DNA from: a virus
IMG/VR virus record: IMGVR_UViG_3300025276_000031
Span: 6,257 to 70,256 of that record
Reading direction: 5' to 3' (one strand)
Length of the DNA: 64,000 nucleotides
Shown here: in pieces, positions 19,916 to 29,882 of the stretch
Numbering within the stretch: the first letter of the stretch is position 1
How the letters are laid out: every line of letters starts with the position of its first letter
The notes under the pieces: model-generated
Seen by the model: the letters and a program-made list of their open reading frames with translations, nothing else
Databases searched by the model: none
Told to the model about the DNA's origin: nothing
Made by a program: the position numbers and the translations under genes

Positions 19916-22565
19916 TACTCAACCCATCCAGTTTTACAGCAATCACACGGATCGGCGGCAGGTTAAAATTAGTGCCTTTAGTCAGCCGTACCTGTATCTT
20001 CTTGGCACCCATCTGTTTTACCAGTTCCTCAACCGTAGAGTTATAGTTTATATGGCGATCATTCAGATGTTTCTTGAACGCCTTGGGCACCATATAAAAC
20101 ATATTAGTGTCTGTCTCCAACCTAGCTACAAACATATTACGTGGGTTCTGTTCGGGTATGACTAGCGGTACTACTCCGTCAACACCTTCACCGCGTTTAT
20201 CCTGAGTGCTTTTAATCTTGAGGATGTTAGTCCAATTCTCTGTGGCAAACTCTGTAACTAATTGTTGAACGGACGCACCACTATCATCGACATATGCTTT
20301 GACTTTCTGTAGTTCCCGCACAACCCAATCAAACAATACATCTGTGTCGTATTGTATAATACCCATCTGTTTTGCCGCCAATGCCCCCAAGATTGTAGCG
20401 GAACATCCTGCAGACCAGAAACGGTTCTCGGCTTGTAGCCCTGCCCTACGATCTAGTTTGGTCTTAATCTTACGGTACAAACTCTCCAAGGCGTCTTTGT
20501 TTCTTATAACGTACTGTATAAACTCGACTGAAATATGCCCGTAGTTTTGCTTGGTGGCGTTAAACAACTCGTCCGTCTTACTCTTGTCTAAGACTGCCTT
20601 TATGTTTTTATCGACCCGTATTTCTAACACCCGTTGCATCTCAGCTTTAGGGTCATCTTTTACGCGCTGCATTTCCTCGTAGAAACTCATATTACCTGTA
20701 GACAGCGCCATAAGCTGCCAAGGCTTACCCCTAATACGTTCTATGTTTCCGCCACCTGCCATACGGTTCTTCTGCTTACCCTCGGCTAATTGGTAAGAGT
20801 AGTCAGATACATCGCCGCCCTTCATGTTTGTCATCTCGTCAGAGTTTAACGGCAGGTTACACATAACCTCGCCACGGTTCATACGCGAGTTCGGCGTATC
20901 TCGTTGCCCCAATGTCAGTCCGTGAGGGTCGCCCCATACACCTGTGTTACAATACATGGCCGTGGTCTTACCTACACCCGTACCACCGTACAGATGCACA
21001 CCAAAACTGTTCAACCCTGTCAACGGCATCAAGATAGAACCAAAACCCATACACACGACAAACTGCTGTAACTCCAATCCACTGCGGTTAAAGAAGTCTA
21101 AATTCTCAAGTTGTTTGTCGCGGGAGCCTTCGGGTTTAAAAAAGTCAATCAGCCCTGCGGTCTTACCTGATGGTGGGTTATATTCCACATCCTGCCCTGA
21201 GACTAATTGATCACCTAACACAAAGGATTTCATATCTTTATCAGCCCACCCGAATTGTTGGTGTGCTTCGCTTGCGGCTGTAGTACGCTGTAACTCGTTA
21301 ATCCATGCTGCCGTGTATGCCATGAGCCTATCCACGTCCTTTCCAAATGAAGTTATACCTTGCATAGCCATATGCTTACGAAATTCTTCTTTTGAAGTTA
21401 TCGCAGTCAACGGGATTGTAAACTCACGAACACCGTCACGCGGTAGGTGGAGGGCAAACGCCACAACCTCACCCAACAACACGTCATGTAGTCGCCTAGT
21501 CACATAGAAATCGTAGTGGTATATACATTCCTCGTCAGGCTCCCCGTCACTGTTGTTTGTACGTATAAACACCCCGCCGTTATGCCCACGAAAATACGGT
21601 TTGGGGAATGTAGGTATAACGTGTTTAGAGGTAGCCTCTACATCCTCCTCTTCGTCATCATCCTCGTAAAAATCTACTTCCTCATGTACGGCGTAACGGT
21701 CTACTAACCCGTCTACTTCTGATTTGTCCAATGGGGGGTCGAACGTGGTGGCATTAAAACCGTGCGCCATGTCACGTATGTCTGCCTCAGACAGATGCCC
21801 CTTAGAACGTAAATGCCCTATGTAAGACAGCATAGCGGGGTTCCTACCGCCTTCACTTACTTCTACAGGTTTCTCATAGGTATCTTGATCCAACAAATCT
21901 TTGAGTATCGCGGCCCCAGCCTTAACCTTAGAAGGCACTGGTATCGGTTCGCCACCGACTAACTCCGAGAACGTATCGTAATCTACAGTTCGCGGTTCCT
22001 CCAACCCAAAAAAGGTTACAGGAGCAGGAGGGTCACTCTTGTAGTTGTGCGTACTCGGAACACGTAACACCCTAGCCAGATCAGCCGTGACGGCGGGGTC
22101 GGCGTGGAAACCACTAGCGGCACATAACTTTTTTAGTCTTAATGCCGTAGTCAACCAATCATCTTTATTAACTGGCGCGTCTAGTACCCAATATACATGT
22201 ACGCCACGCCCCGAATTTATGAGCGTAGGTCTTGGCAACTTATGCTGCTTACAAAACTTTTGTAGTTCAGTTATAGCTGCAGCCTGTGAGGGAAATTTGT
22301 TGTCACCTTCACCGACATCAAGGTCAAGGAAGAACGACCTCAACGAATGAACATTATCTGCTTTGCGTGAACCTGCCTCTGCTAACGTGGCAAGACTGAA
22401 GTAGGCGTCATAGCCGTTACTGTCCAAGTCCCTCGCTGCGTCTATCACATGGTCAACGGACGTGTAGAATTTCTGTTTCCGTTTATCTGTGTCTGCATTG
22501 ACTGCGAATACGCAATAGTTCCCTTCGTGACCTAATACTAGGTCTAAAAATTTCTTAGTTTTCAT
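19887..22565 (-). CDS. Primase (RepB/AEP-like) + PriCT + DUF927 helicase fusion
   Basis: N-terminal FFLDLD, SGRGVHVYW and RVLRVP; EGGRN PriCT motif; Walker A GGTGVGKTT. Confidence 0.85.
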   Translation of the reverse strand: MKTKKFLDLVLGHEGNYCVFAVNADTDKRKQKFYTSVDHVIDAARDLDSNGYDAYFSLATLAEAGSRKADNVHSLRSFFLDLDVGEGDNKFPSQAAAITELQKFCKQHKLPRPTLINSGRGVHVYWVLDAPVNKDDWLTTALRLKKLCAASGFHADPAVTADLARVLRVPSTHNYKSDPPAPVTFFGLEEPRTVDYDTFSELVGGEPIPVPSKVKAGAAILKDLLDQDTYEKPVEVSEGGRNPAMLSYIGHLRSKGHLSEADIRDMAHGFNATTFDPPLDKSEVDGLVDRYAVHEEVDFYEDDDEEEDVEATSKHVIPTFPKPYFRGHNGGVFIRTNNSDGEPDEECIYHYDFYVTRRLHDVLLGEVVAFALHLPRDGVREFTIPLTAITSKEEFRKHMAMQGITSFGKDVDRLMAYTAAWINELQRTTAASEAHQQFGWADKDMKSFVLGDQLVSGQDVEYNPPSGKTAGLIDFFKPEGSRDKQLENLDFFNRSGLELQQFVVCMGFGSILMPLTGLNSFGVHLYGGTGVGKTTAMYCNTGVWGDPHGLTLGQRDTPNSRMNRGEVMCNLPLNSDEMTNMKGGDVSDYSYQLAEGKQKNRMAGGGNIERIRGKPWQLMALSTGNMSFYEEMQRVKDDPKAEMQRVLEIRVDKNIKAVLDKSKTDELFNATKQNYGHISVEFIQYVIRNKDALESLYRKIKTKLDRRAGLQAENRFWSAGCSATILGALAAKQMGIIQYDTDVLFDWVVRELQKVKAYVDDSGASVQQLVTEFATENWTNILKIKSTQDKRGEGVDGVVPLVIPEQNPRNMFVARLETDTNMFYMVPKAFKKHLNDRHINYNSTVEELVKQMGAKKIQVRLTKGTNFNLPPIRVIAVKLDGLSSVPEDADDL

Positions 22566-22577
22566 TGTCACCACTCA

Positions 22578-22613
22578 ATAAAAGTAAGCCACGGCTAACT
22601 TAATAACCGTGGC
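22578..22613 (-). terminator. Probable terminator between SSB and primase
   Basis: Minus strand GCCACGGTTA...TAGCCGTGGC followed by TTACTTTT. Confidence 0.6.
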
Positions 22614-22622
22614 GCAGGATCG

Positions 22623-23357
22623 TTAATCGTCCCAGTTGTCTACGATTGTGTCCAAGTCTCCGCTGTCCTTGCTACCACTGCTGCTTGATTTTTTCGCAGT
22701 CTTTTTGATAGGTTCTTCGATAACGTCATCATCATCATCGCCATCATCGGCATCAGCTAACACGTTATTACTTTTGGGAGGCGGGGCGCTCTTTGCAAAC
22801 GGGTTATCGCCTGCATCTTTAAACACAAATCCCCCGTCTACCTTACCAAACGGATTACGCACTTCCAACGGAACGTACTTAATAACCTGCACGGCCTTTA
22901 ACCGCAACGAGACGCCACTCTCCCAATCTTTACCGAGTTTCATGCGGTAAGGAATAAGGTTCACGGCTACATTGACCGTACTGCCTGTGGTTAGTTGGAA
23001 CCCTTCAGGTAGCGGCATACCCTGACTATCTACCTCTAACGGCTTGGTAGTAGTCTCACCGTTGTACGCGCCTTTTAAGTTGGCTTTATGCGTGTATGTA
23101 CCGTTATCGTCTTTGACAAACGGATTAGTAAGTTTCTCGTCCCAATCGTCTTCACGATTGTCTTCATAGGCAACTCGCATTGCCTTGAACAGTGCCTTCG
23201 CAATCGGCCCGTCCATACGAAACGCAATAGAGTACGCTGCGTTCTGATCCCGTGGGTCGCAAGGTTCACTACGTTTAATTTTAGAGTTAAACGAATAGGT
23301 GCGGTCCACTTTGGGCCATAGGGCTTCAATACCCTGAATTATATAGGCTTCTGCCAT
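22623..23357 (-). CDS. Single-stranded DNA-binding protein (T7 gp2.5-like)
   Basis: GSTVNV...GVSLRLKAVQVI OB-fold pattern with acidic tail ending NWDD; AGGAG RBS before MAEAY. Confidence 0.75.
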   Translation of the reverse strand: MAEAYIIQGIEALWPKVDRTYSFNSKIKRSEPCDPRDQNAAYSIAFRMDGPIAKALFKAMRVAYEDNREDDWDEKLTNPFVKDDNGTYTHKANLKGAYNGETTTKPLEVDSQGMPLPEGFQLTTGSTVNVAVNLIPYRMKLGKDWESGVSLRLKAVQVIKYVPLEVRNPFGKVDGGFVFKDAGDNPFAKSAPPPKSNNVLADADDGDDDDDVIEEPIKKTAKKSSSSGSKDSGDLDTIVDNWDD

Positions 23358-23376
23358 TTGTCGTTCTCCTAATATG

Positions 23377-23604
23377 TTACACGTCTTGATCAGCGTCGAG
23401 GTCAAATTCTAGCTGGGTTTCTTTCGTTAACGCTTCTGCAGTTAAAGCCTCAACTACGGCGGGTAGTTTAAACCGATAGGTGTTACCGATTTTAACGTAG
23501 GTATGTTTAGGGATGTGACCCTGCCGCAACCATGCGCGGATAGTAGATATAGACACAGCAAAATGCTTTGCCACACCTTCGATTGGTACGAACGGCTCTG
23601 CCAT
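23377..23604 (-). CDS. Excisionase/MerR-like helix-turn-helix protein
   Basis: VAKHFAVSISTIRAWLRQGHIP...KIGNTYRF. Confidence 0.75.
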   Translation of the reverse strand: MAEPFVPIEGVAKHFAVSISTIRAWLRQGHIPKHTYVKIGNTYRFKLPAVVEALTAEALTKETQLEFDLDADQDV

Positions 23605-24005
23605 TACTTTTTCCTAACTGAGATTACGTACTCGTTATCGACATTCAAACCCTTGGGTAGAACATCGGGATTCTCCTCCAAAAACTGTTTCAAGTTTGTC
23701 TGGTTCAACCGCTTGTCAAGAAGTTCGGGCACGTCATGTTCTAGTATAAACTCGTACATACGCTCCCAATCGCTTGTCCAATATTTGGTCTTTGACGTTC
23801 TAAAAAACAGTCCTTCGGAAGTCCTAACACTTTCGACATTGTGACTTTCACAGTAGTCTAGTAGTGCGTTCTTTAAGATGGTTTGTTGTCGTGCTAACGC
23901 CCCATCTTGTTCTTTAAAGTCTGCCGACAAAGCCGCCCGTTCTGCACGTATCTTAATATATGCTTTGGTAAGTCTGTCTGCGGGTATCGTAGAAGTATCG
24001 TCCAT
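23604..24005 (-). CDS. Conserved coiled-coil replication-module protein
   Basis: 133 aa; AAGGAGG RBS; DW..MY.FI..H...LL.KR motif. Confidence 0.7.
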   Translation of the reverse strand: MDDTSTIPADRLTKAYIKIRAERAALSADFKEQDGALARQQTILKNALLDYCESHNVESVRTSEGLFFRTSKTKYWTSDWERMYEFILEHDVPELLDKRLNQTNLKQFLEENPDVLPKGLNVDNEYVISVRKK

Positions 24006-24034
24006 CTGCCCTCCTTCGAGATAACGAGAGTTAC

Positions 24035-24063
24035 TTAATACTTACTTGTGATGGGCTAGTCAA
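24035..24063 (-). promoter_or_regulatory. Possible sigma70-type promoter
   Basis: TTGACT-17 nt-TATTAA just upstream of the RBS of 24005. Confidence 0.45.
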
Positions 24064-25591
24064 GTAGTTCTTTGTATAAATCAATCATTTTTGTGTGTAC
24101 GTCTATTCTGTTATCTAACAATGAGTAAATACGCCGTTCCACAGGTGATCCTTGAAGTTGTACAACAGTACACTTATGCTTCTGACCAGACCTGTGAACC
24201 CTAGCGTTAGCTTGCAGGTACGTTTCTAATGACGAGGTTGGCCCCCACCATACGACTGTATTTGCTGCTGTTAACGTAACACCGTGTGCCGCTGACTGCG
24301 GCTGAATAACTAGGACGCGTGGGTTGTCCTGTTCTTGGAACCGTTTAAATATATCAGTCCGTCTTGCTACAGGTACATCCCCCCTAATTACTTCTGTAGC
24401 GATCCCGTCATTACGCAATTTTTCGGTCAGTATGTCAATGGCGTGTTTAAAAGGTACGAATACAAGCACCTTCTGGCTGCTCTCGTCTATTACTTCACGT
24501 AACACTTTATACCTATGAGATATATCAAACTCCAACGTGTCACCTTCATCGGTGTAGACTGCGCCACAGGATATTTGCAGTAGTTTGTTCATAAGTACGG
24601 CAGCGTTTACGCTTGTTATCTCATCCCCGTCAACGGTCATAGTCATACGTTTCTTCAACAGTTGATAATACTTTAGCTGTTGGCGTGTTAACTCCACCTT
24701 ACGTTTCACGTACACCATTGGTGGTAGGTCAAGACATTCCTCTTTAGTAAAGCGTATCGCGGGTTGCAAGATTGCATGTACTAAGTCACTAGCACCATCT
24801 TTCACTACCCACCTGAACTGCGTCACCTTCATCATAACCATGTCACGAAACGACCCGAAAAACCTCGGTACGGCGGTAAAGTCTACGAGTTTCGCAAGTC
24901 CATACGCGTCTAGCGGCGACTGCGCGGCGGGTGTACCTGTCATCAACCACAACCACGTTTTATCGGTGATTAGTTTGTTTAGGGTCTTCCACCGTTTAGA
25001 CTGCGCGTTCTTATAATGCGTAGCCTCGTCCACAATAATCAGATCAAATTTACCGTTTAAGATTTCATCACGTACAATGTCTACACCGTCATAGTTTATT
25101 ATAACAAAGTCTGCACCTTGTCCTAGTATGGCCTTACGTTTAATGGGGGTGCCATGCGCTACGTCTACTGTTCGATGAGGGGCAAAAGTTTCTAAATCCC
25201 CGCGCCATGCACTATCCATGATAGACAACGGACATATCACTAGGGCGCGTCTAACCTTACCTTGTTGCATTAAAAAGTCGGTTGCCCAAATTGCACTGGC
25301 TGTTTTACCTGTACCCTGCTCATTAAAACAGAACGCTTTACGGTTCATAGTTAAAAACGCAGCGGTGGTTTTTTGGTGCGCGAAAGGTTTGTGTTTACCC
25401 GACCACTGGTATCGAGTTTCTATAGGCGATGGAGATTTTATACCCAAAGTTTTTAAGGTGTGCGCCTCGTCAATACCAAGGTTAACTTTTACCTCATGTT
25501 TGTTAACCTGTACGCTGTTAGGTATTGTACTGGTGACACGGCTTGGATTGCGTAGCTTTAAAAGCAACGCCTTACCATCTATTAACTTCAT
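24056..25591 (-). CDS. SNF2-family helicase
   Basis: QGTGKT, DEAT, TGTP and QANARVHRSGQ motifs. Confidence 0.9.
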   Translation of the reverse strand: MKLIDGKALLLKLRNPSRVTSTIPNSVQVNKHEVKVNLGIDEAHTLKTLGIKSPSPIETRYQWSGKHKPFAHQKTTAAFLTMNRKAFCFNEQGTGKTASAIWATDFLMQQGKVRRALVICPLSIMDSAWRGDLETFAPHRTVDVAHGTPIKRKAILGQGADFVIINYDGVDIVRDEILNGKFDLIIVDEATHYKNAQSKRWKTLNKLITDKTWLWLMTGTPAAQSPLDAYGLAKLVDFTAVPRFFGSFRDMVMMKVTQFRWVVKDGASDLVHAILQPAIRFTKEECLDLPPMVYVKRKVELTRQQLKYYQLLKKRMTMTVDGDEITSVNAAVLMNKLLQISCGAVYTDEGDTLEFDISHRYKVLREVIDESSQKVLVFVPFKHAIDILTEKLRNDGIATEVIRGDVPVARRTDIFKRFQEQDNPRVLVIQPQSAAHGVTLTAANTVVWWGPTSSLETYLQANARVHRSGQKHKCTVVQLQGSPVERRIYSLLDNRIDVHTKMIDLYKELLD

Positions 25592-25605
25592 TGTGTTCTC
25601 CTGAT

Positions 25606-25623
25606 TTCGGGCACCTGCCCGAA
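25606..25623. repeat. 18-bp palindrome copy 1 (TTCGGGCACCTGCCCGAA)
   Basis: Lies between the TAA of the HNH-like gene and the RBS of the helicase. Confidence 0.95.
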
Positions 25624-25905
25624 TTACTTTTTCTTTTGGTAGTTACGGGCGCGGTTCTTGCTCGAACTCTCTATCCGTATGCCGTCTTTATTCTTGCCGC
25701 CTTTCACCAAAGCCTTCTTGTGGCTAACGTCTTTGCCTTCCCGCTTGTCTGCCTTACCATTGCCGTTTCGATCTGCACTTTCACGGTCTACCTTGCGGCG
25801 CGCGCGTTGACGTTCCATCCTACGTTCAAACGTAGCAGACCCAACAGGTGCGTTGATCTGCTTCTTCCGCTTGGCTTTCTTCGCTTGTTTTTTATTTTCG
25901 CTCAT
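25624..25905 (-). CDS. Basic HNH-like protein
   Basis: GKDVSHKK.L.KGG.N...NRARN; ATGA overlap with the upstream gene. Confidence 0.65.
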   Translation of the reverse strand: MSENKKQAKKAKRKKQINAPVGSATFERRMERQRARRKVDRESADRNGNGKADKREGKDVSHKKALVKGGKNKDGIRIESSSKNRARNYQKKK

Positions 25906-26573
25906 GCGTTCGCTCCATTGTGGACACACTCAATTACAGGGCAATGGCGTCTACATAACCCACTAGGACGTGCGTTCCACACATCGTTGTCTGCGGCTAC
26001 CTTCATCTGGTTGTATTTACTTAGCCACTTGCGCCAAAGCTGTTCCCTATCATACACCGTGTAGGTATCTTTTACCAAGTCCTTAGTTACGACGAACAAC
26101 AGGCCAGCCCTAATATTCTTGATCTGTGGGTAGTGCGCGAACACGGACAAAGCCATAAGTTCCAACTGTCCTTTGTCGGCATATTTTGCAGACTTACCCG
26201 TCTTGTAGTCAACGACCCATGCAAGATCACCGTCTAAGATGATAAGGTCAGCTATACCACGGAACCAAACTTCAGGGTCGTAAAACCCACAAGGTTCTAG
26301 GTTTTCGGTAACACCCAATTTTTCTTCGCATAGTTTACGTCCTTGTTTATTCTTTAAAGACGTGAGCGCGCCACGAGCGAACGTAAACTGTTTGGGTACA
26401 GGTACGTTTTTACCTACAAAGTCCTCGGCCATGTTATGAAACGTGGTGCCGTACAACGTGGCCTCAGTCTCCTTGAACGGATGCTCTTTAAGTATTTTCT
26501 CATGGTAAAACTGTTTAGGACATTGCTCAAAGGCTTTGATCCTACTAAACGACCACGGCGCAACTTTTGTCAT
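25902..26573 (-). CDS. PD-(D/E)XK exonuclease (Cas4/RecB-like)
   Basis: WSFS...CPKQ, GT.FH, RGIADL, VDYKTGK, QLELMA, C..CP..C. Confidence 0.85.
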   Translation of the reverse strand: MTKVAPWSFSRIKAFEQCPKQFYHEKILKEHPFKETEATLYGTTFHNMAEDFVGKNVPVPKQFTFARGALTSLKNKQGRKLCEEKLGVTENLEPCGFYDPEVWFRGIADLIILDGDLAWVVDYKTGKSAKYADKGQLELMALSVFAHYPQIKNIRAGLLFVVTKDLVKDTYTVYDREQLWRKWLSKYNQMKVAADNDVWNARPSGLCRRHCPVIECVHNGANA

Positions 26574-28417
26574 TCACAATCCCCATAAGACTTGCCTGTG
26601 CCACTTTCACAGGTGATAGGTAGACCATCGGCCCAATCGGGTTTCTGGCTCATACAATGTTCCACGTACACCTGCGCTTCGGCAACCTCGGCGTCTGGCA
26701 CAGCTACAACAATACTGTCGTGAACTGTTAGCACAACTTTGTATCTCTTAGCAATAAGTATCATCTGGTGACCTATAATGCAACGGGCAATTGCTTGGCA
26801 CACGTTCTCAACCACCTTACCGCCGTATATTCTATTAAGACCTTTGCGGGTTTTATACATATACTCCGTACCGCCATCTCCATCGTACGCACTTACATCA
26901 GTGTAAAACATCGGTAGTCCAGATGGTAACATCACAGCGTTCTTAGACGCATCAACGGCGAGCACACCGTCCCTACCAAACTGTAACGTATCACCACGGG
27001 CCATGTAGTGTATCATGTTGTTTGCGTCCGTCCACAGTTGACTTATCGCGCCGTTCTCTTTCCGATAGATTTGAATAATACGCCGTGCTTCCGTGATAGG
27101 CATATCTACACCCATACCCGCCAGTTGCACTTGAAACTTAACCGCACCCATGCCGTAGCCAGCACCTAGAATTGTAGTCTTACCAACAAACCGTTGTTCG
27201 GAACTTACTTCATCTGCTGGCACGGTGTATATACTAGATGCCATATGTTTATAAACATCATCACCGTTGGCAAACGCAGCGGTAAGATCGTCTTGCCCTG
27301 CCAGCCACGCAAGTACACGCGCTTCGATTTGCGAACTATCACAGTCAATCATCGTGTAGCCTTCGGGGGCAATAATACTACGCTTTAACTTCTTACCGTT
27401 AGCCCCACGGCTAGGTAAATTTTGCAGGTTGATCTTATCGTCACCGCCCCACCGCCCTGTGTGGGCTGCGTAGTATTTTACAGGGACGGGGAGAGTGCCT
27501 CGCGCTGCTATATCTATAAACCGCTGCGTACGTGTCTCTTCAAGAGTAGACTTCGTACCGATACGCGCTGCCGCTAGAGCTTGAACACGCACGTTTTCGT
27601 GATCTAATAACGTCTTAAACCCATCATCGTCTTTAGCGAACGCAAAGGTTTCCTTGCCTGTAGTCGGGCTGATCTTCATCGGTGGGTTCACACCTAGACC
27701 TTTTAGCACTTCGGCAAACTTCGGGTTACTCATTAACTCTTTCTTGTCAATGTTCGCATCCTGCAATAGTTTACCTTTACGAGCCTTAATATCTTCAAGG
27801 TGTGAGTGCAGCAACGGGGTATCCAAACCAAGGGTAGGCTCGGTATACATACGCAACGTGAGGTCAATCAATTTTAGTTCTTCAGTGGGAAATCTATTCC
27901 CCGAAACTACGCCGCTTACCATAAGGTTAAACAGTTGATGTGTTAACTCCACGTCATTTATACAGTAGTCACCGTAGGCACGTAGTTCTTCATCAGTAAA
28001 ATCTAATCGACGTTTTCCCAATGCGTTGAGGACTTCCGTTCCCTTAACGCCAATGCCATACCTTTCAGATAACGCCGCGAGACTTCCACCAGCTTCAGTC
28101 CCATGTATAGCACGGGCAATACACAGAGTATCGGCATACACGCGAGGGCGCAGATCAAAATGCCAACTAAGTATAGCGCCGTCAAACATAGTGTTATGAC
28201 ACAATAGCATACTCTCACCCCAATCGAAATTGTGTGCGAGGTATCTCCTAACCTGTTTTCGTGTGCCACTTGCCCACTCCGTATTACCATCATTCAGTTT
28301 GACGCCTACGCCGATCACCTCAAAACGAGGGTCACGGACGTAGGCTTCGGTGGTCACTTTACGCAGAGAAAAATCTTTGTCGTAAAATGTTTCAAAGTCT
28401 AAGGTTATTAGGTCCAC
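26570..28417 (-). CDS. polA: Family A DNA polymerase with 3'-5' exonuclease
   Basis: Exo DFET and HN.MFD; HTGRW; motif A DSSQIEARVLA, motif B RFVGKTTILGAGYG, motif C VHDS. Start taken at a GTG overlapping the upstream stop. Confidence 0.93.
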   Translation of the reverse strand: MDLITLDFETFYDKDFSLRKVTTEAYVRDPRFEVIGVGVKLNDGNTEWASGTRKQVRRYLAHNFDWGESMLLCHNTMFDGAILSWHFDLRPRVYADTLCIARAIHGTEAGGSLAALSERYGIGVKGTEVLNALGKRRLDFTDEELRAYGDYCINDVELTHQLFNLMVSGVVSGNRFPTEELKLIDLTLRMYTEPTLGLDTPLLHSHLEDIKARKGKLLQDANIDKKELMSNPKFAEVLKGLGVNPPMKISPTTGKETFAFAKDDDGFKTLLDHENVRVQALAAARIGTKSTLEETRTQRFIDIAARGTLPVPVKYYAAHTGRWGGDDKINLQNLPSRGANGKKLKRSIIAPEGYTMIDCDSSQIEARVLAWLAGQDDLTAAFANGDDVYKHMASSIYTVPADEVSSEQRFVGKTTILGAGYGMGAVKFQVQLAGMGVDMPITEARRIIQIYRKENGAISQLWTDANNMIHYMARGDTLQFGRDGVLAVDASKNAVMLPSGLPMFYTDVSAYDGDGGTEYMYKTRKGLNRIYGGKVVENVCQAIARCIIGHQMILIAKRYKVVLTVHDSIVVAVPDAEVAEAQVYVEHCMSQKPDWADGLPITCESGTGKSYGDCE

Positions 28418-28947
28418 TACTTGTGATCCTTCTGCGTAGCCAACTCCCCACCACATGCCATATAACCACACGCGTCAATCCAGTTGTCTGCATTGTCAGG
28501 GTTAGACTTTAACCGTGCGATCTTCAGCAGGGTCATCATCACCGCAACATCAGTAGAGCGTAAGGTGTGTTCAGTGTACTGCGTCCACAACTCCGCGATT
28601 TCTCTAAAGTTATCTTCCATGTCGCCGTGGTCTGCCGCCCGATCTTTGGTGACGTATTGTTCGGCTTGATTTAAGATACCAGTACGCGTCCACGCGTTAG
28701 GGTCTACACCTGCCCTGTTAACAGAGGTGGCAGTACCGTCCTTAGACATACGGTAAGCAAAGTCTGCTACCCAATCATCGCTGCGTGGTACGGGGTTATT
28801 GCCGCGACCACTGCTGTTACGCACTTTGTTAACAAGCGACACGGTACAACCAACATCTTTTGCTATTTCCTTGTCTGTCATTGCCCCTTTCCTCGCTAAC
28901 AGGGTTGAGACCTTGCTGCTCTTATTCTTTTGTTTCTTCTCAGTCAT
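28417..28947 (-). CDS. HTH + DUF6378-like (dNTP pyrophosphohydrolase-like) protein
   Basis: N-terminal DKEIAKDVGCTVSLV HTH; R..DHGD..NF..IA.LW...LLKIAR...DNWIDACGY. Confidence 0.7.
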   Translation of the reverse strand: MTEKKQKNKSSKVSTLLARKGAMTDKEIAKDVGCTVSLVNKVRNSSGRGNNPVPRSDDWVADFAYRMSKDGTATSVNRAGVDPNAWTRTGILNQAEQYVTKDRAADHGDMEDNFREIAELWTQYTEHTLRSTDVAVMMTLLKIARLKSNPDNADNWIDACGYMACGGELATQKDHK

Positions 28948-29212
28948 TGTGGTTCTCCATTATATTTTTTAGGAACGCTTTAGCGTCCTCAGTTGCAGCG
29001 GCTTCACCTTCCGCTTTTTCTTCGACCATAGCATCGGCCAAAATAGTAGTTGCCGCCATCATCATATGCGGCCACTCTTTCTCTTGCTCATATATTAGTA
29101 TGATATTAGCAATGAATAGCGCGGTCATTTCTGGTGACGATTGGTCTGGCAACGCTTCTGCCACGCGGTTCATTGCTGTTAGAAATTCATCCTTGTCCAT
29201 AGCCTTCATCAC
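28940..29212 (-). CDS. Hypothetical protein
   Basis: GGGGAG RBS; ~90 aa, helical. Confidence 0.6.
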   Translation of the reverse strand: MMKAMDKDEFLTAMNRVAEALPDQSSPEMTALFIANIILIYEQEKEWPHMMMAATTILADAMVEEKAEGEAAATEDAKAFLKNIMENHND

Positions 29213-29492
29213 TCCCCTTAAATTTTATCTGATACCGATTTGACTTAGCTATAGCTTCTTCCACAGATATATTTGTGATGCGTGAAGCCTCCGCCAAGCT
29301 AAACCCTTGTTCTGCTAAACGTAGCAGACGTTGTGCGGGTTTTGATCTTTCAATCTCTGCCATACGCGGTCCTCCACACCCACGTACCTTCTGTTTTATT
29401 ATTCCATAGTTAGGTGATACACCGTTAAACGGCTCAAGCATCCGTCCGTTTTCGACCTTGGCTAGGTTCTTCCATTTCTCTAGTTCCGTCAA
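29187..29492 (-). CDS. Hypothetical HTH-like protein
   Basis: LLRLAEQGFSLAEASRITNIS; shares the A..EN.RM motif with 29598-29882. Confidence 0.55.
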   Translation of the reverse strand: MTELEKWKNLAKVENGRMLEPFNGVSPNYGIIKQKVRGCGGPRMAEIERSKPAQRLLRLAEQGFSLAEASRITNISVEEAIAKSNRYQIKFKGSDEGYGQG

Positions 29493-29580
29493 CGCCCTTC
29501 CCTTCCCTGTACGCTTCTAATTCTTTTTTTAACCTGCGGTTCTCCGCACAAACTCTCGCGTATTCTTCACGGTCAATCAT
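29434..29580 (-). CDS. Small coiled-coil protein (48 aa, MIDREEYARVCAENRRLKKKL...)
   Basis: Translated by hand; fills the gap between two same-strand genes and has a GGGA RBS. Confidence 0.45.
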   Translation of the reverse strand: MIDREEYARVCAENRRLKKELEAYREGKGVDGTREMEEPSQGRKRTDA

Positions 29581-29597
29581 ATTAAAATCCCATTTAG

Positions 29598-29882
29598 TCA
29601 TAGCTTGTTATGCTCAAAGACAAACTCGTCATGCAGTTTTCTGCTGGTAAGATACCCGTCCCGTTTTAGTTCTTTTAATATTTGATGCGCGGTTTCACGT
29701 TTAAGCCTTACGCGCTTCGCAAGATCATTTACTGTCCACGCCTCGCGGGTTCTTAGAACGTCGAACACTAACGCCCGTAAATCTACTTTGCTCTTATACC
29801 CACGACCTCTAATCGCTTGGTTGGGGTCTAGGTTAAAAAGCATACGTTCGTTCTCAATCGCTGCCATTTGTTTAGGGGTCAT
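29598..29882 (-). CDS. Winged-helix DNA-binding protein
   Basis: WTVNDLAKRVRLKRETAHQILKELKRDGYL. Confidence 0.7.
   Translation of the reverse strand: MTPKQMAAIENERMLFNLDPNQAIRGRGYKSKVDLRALVFDVLRTREAWTVNDLAKRVRLKRETAHQILKELKRDGYLTSRKLHDEFVFEHNKL

Noticed and set aside
23377-23604. Lysogeny module
   Set aside because: Excisionase-like HTH only; no tyrosine or serine recombinase or att-like context seen.
23724-23732. Additional palindrome half-sites (TTCGGGCAC here; TGCCCGAA at ~17636)
   Set aside because: Only one arm matches and both lie in coding sequence; compatible with chance.
25902-26573. Cas4 as evidence of a CRISPR system
   Set aside because: It is a stand-alone PD-(D/E)XK exonuclease in its usual phage replication context between polymerase and helicase.
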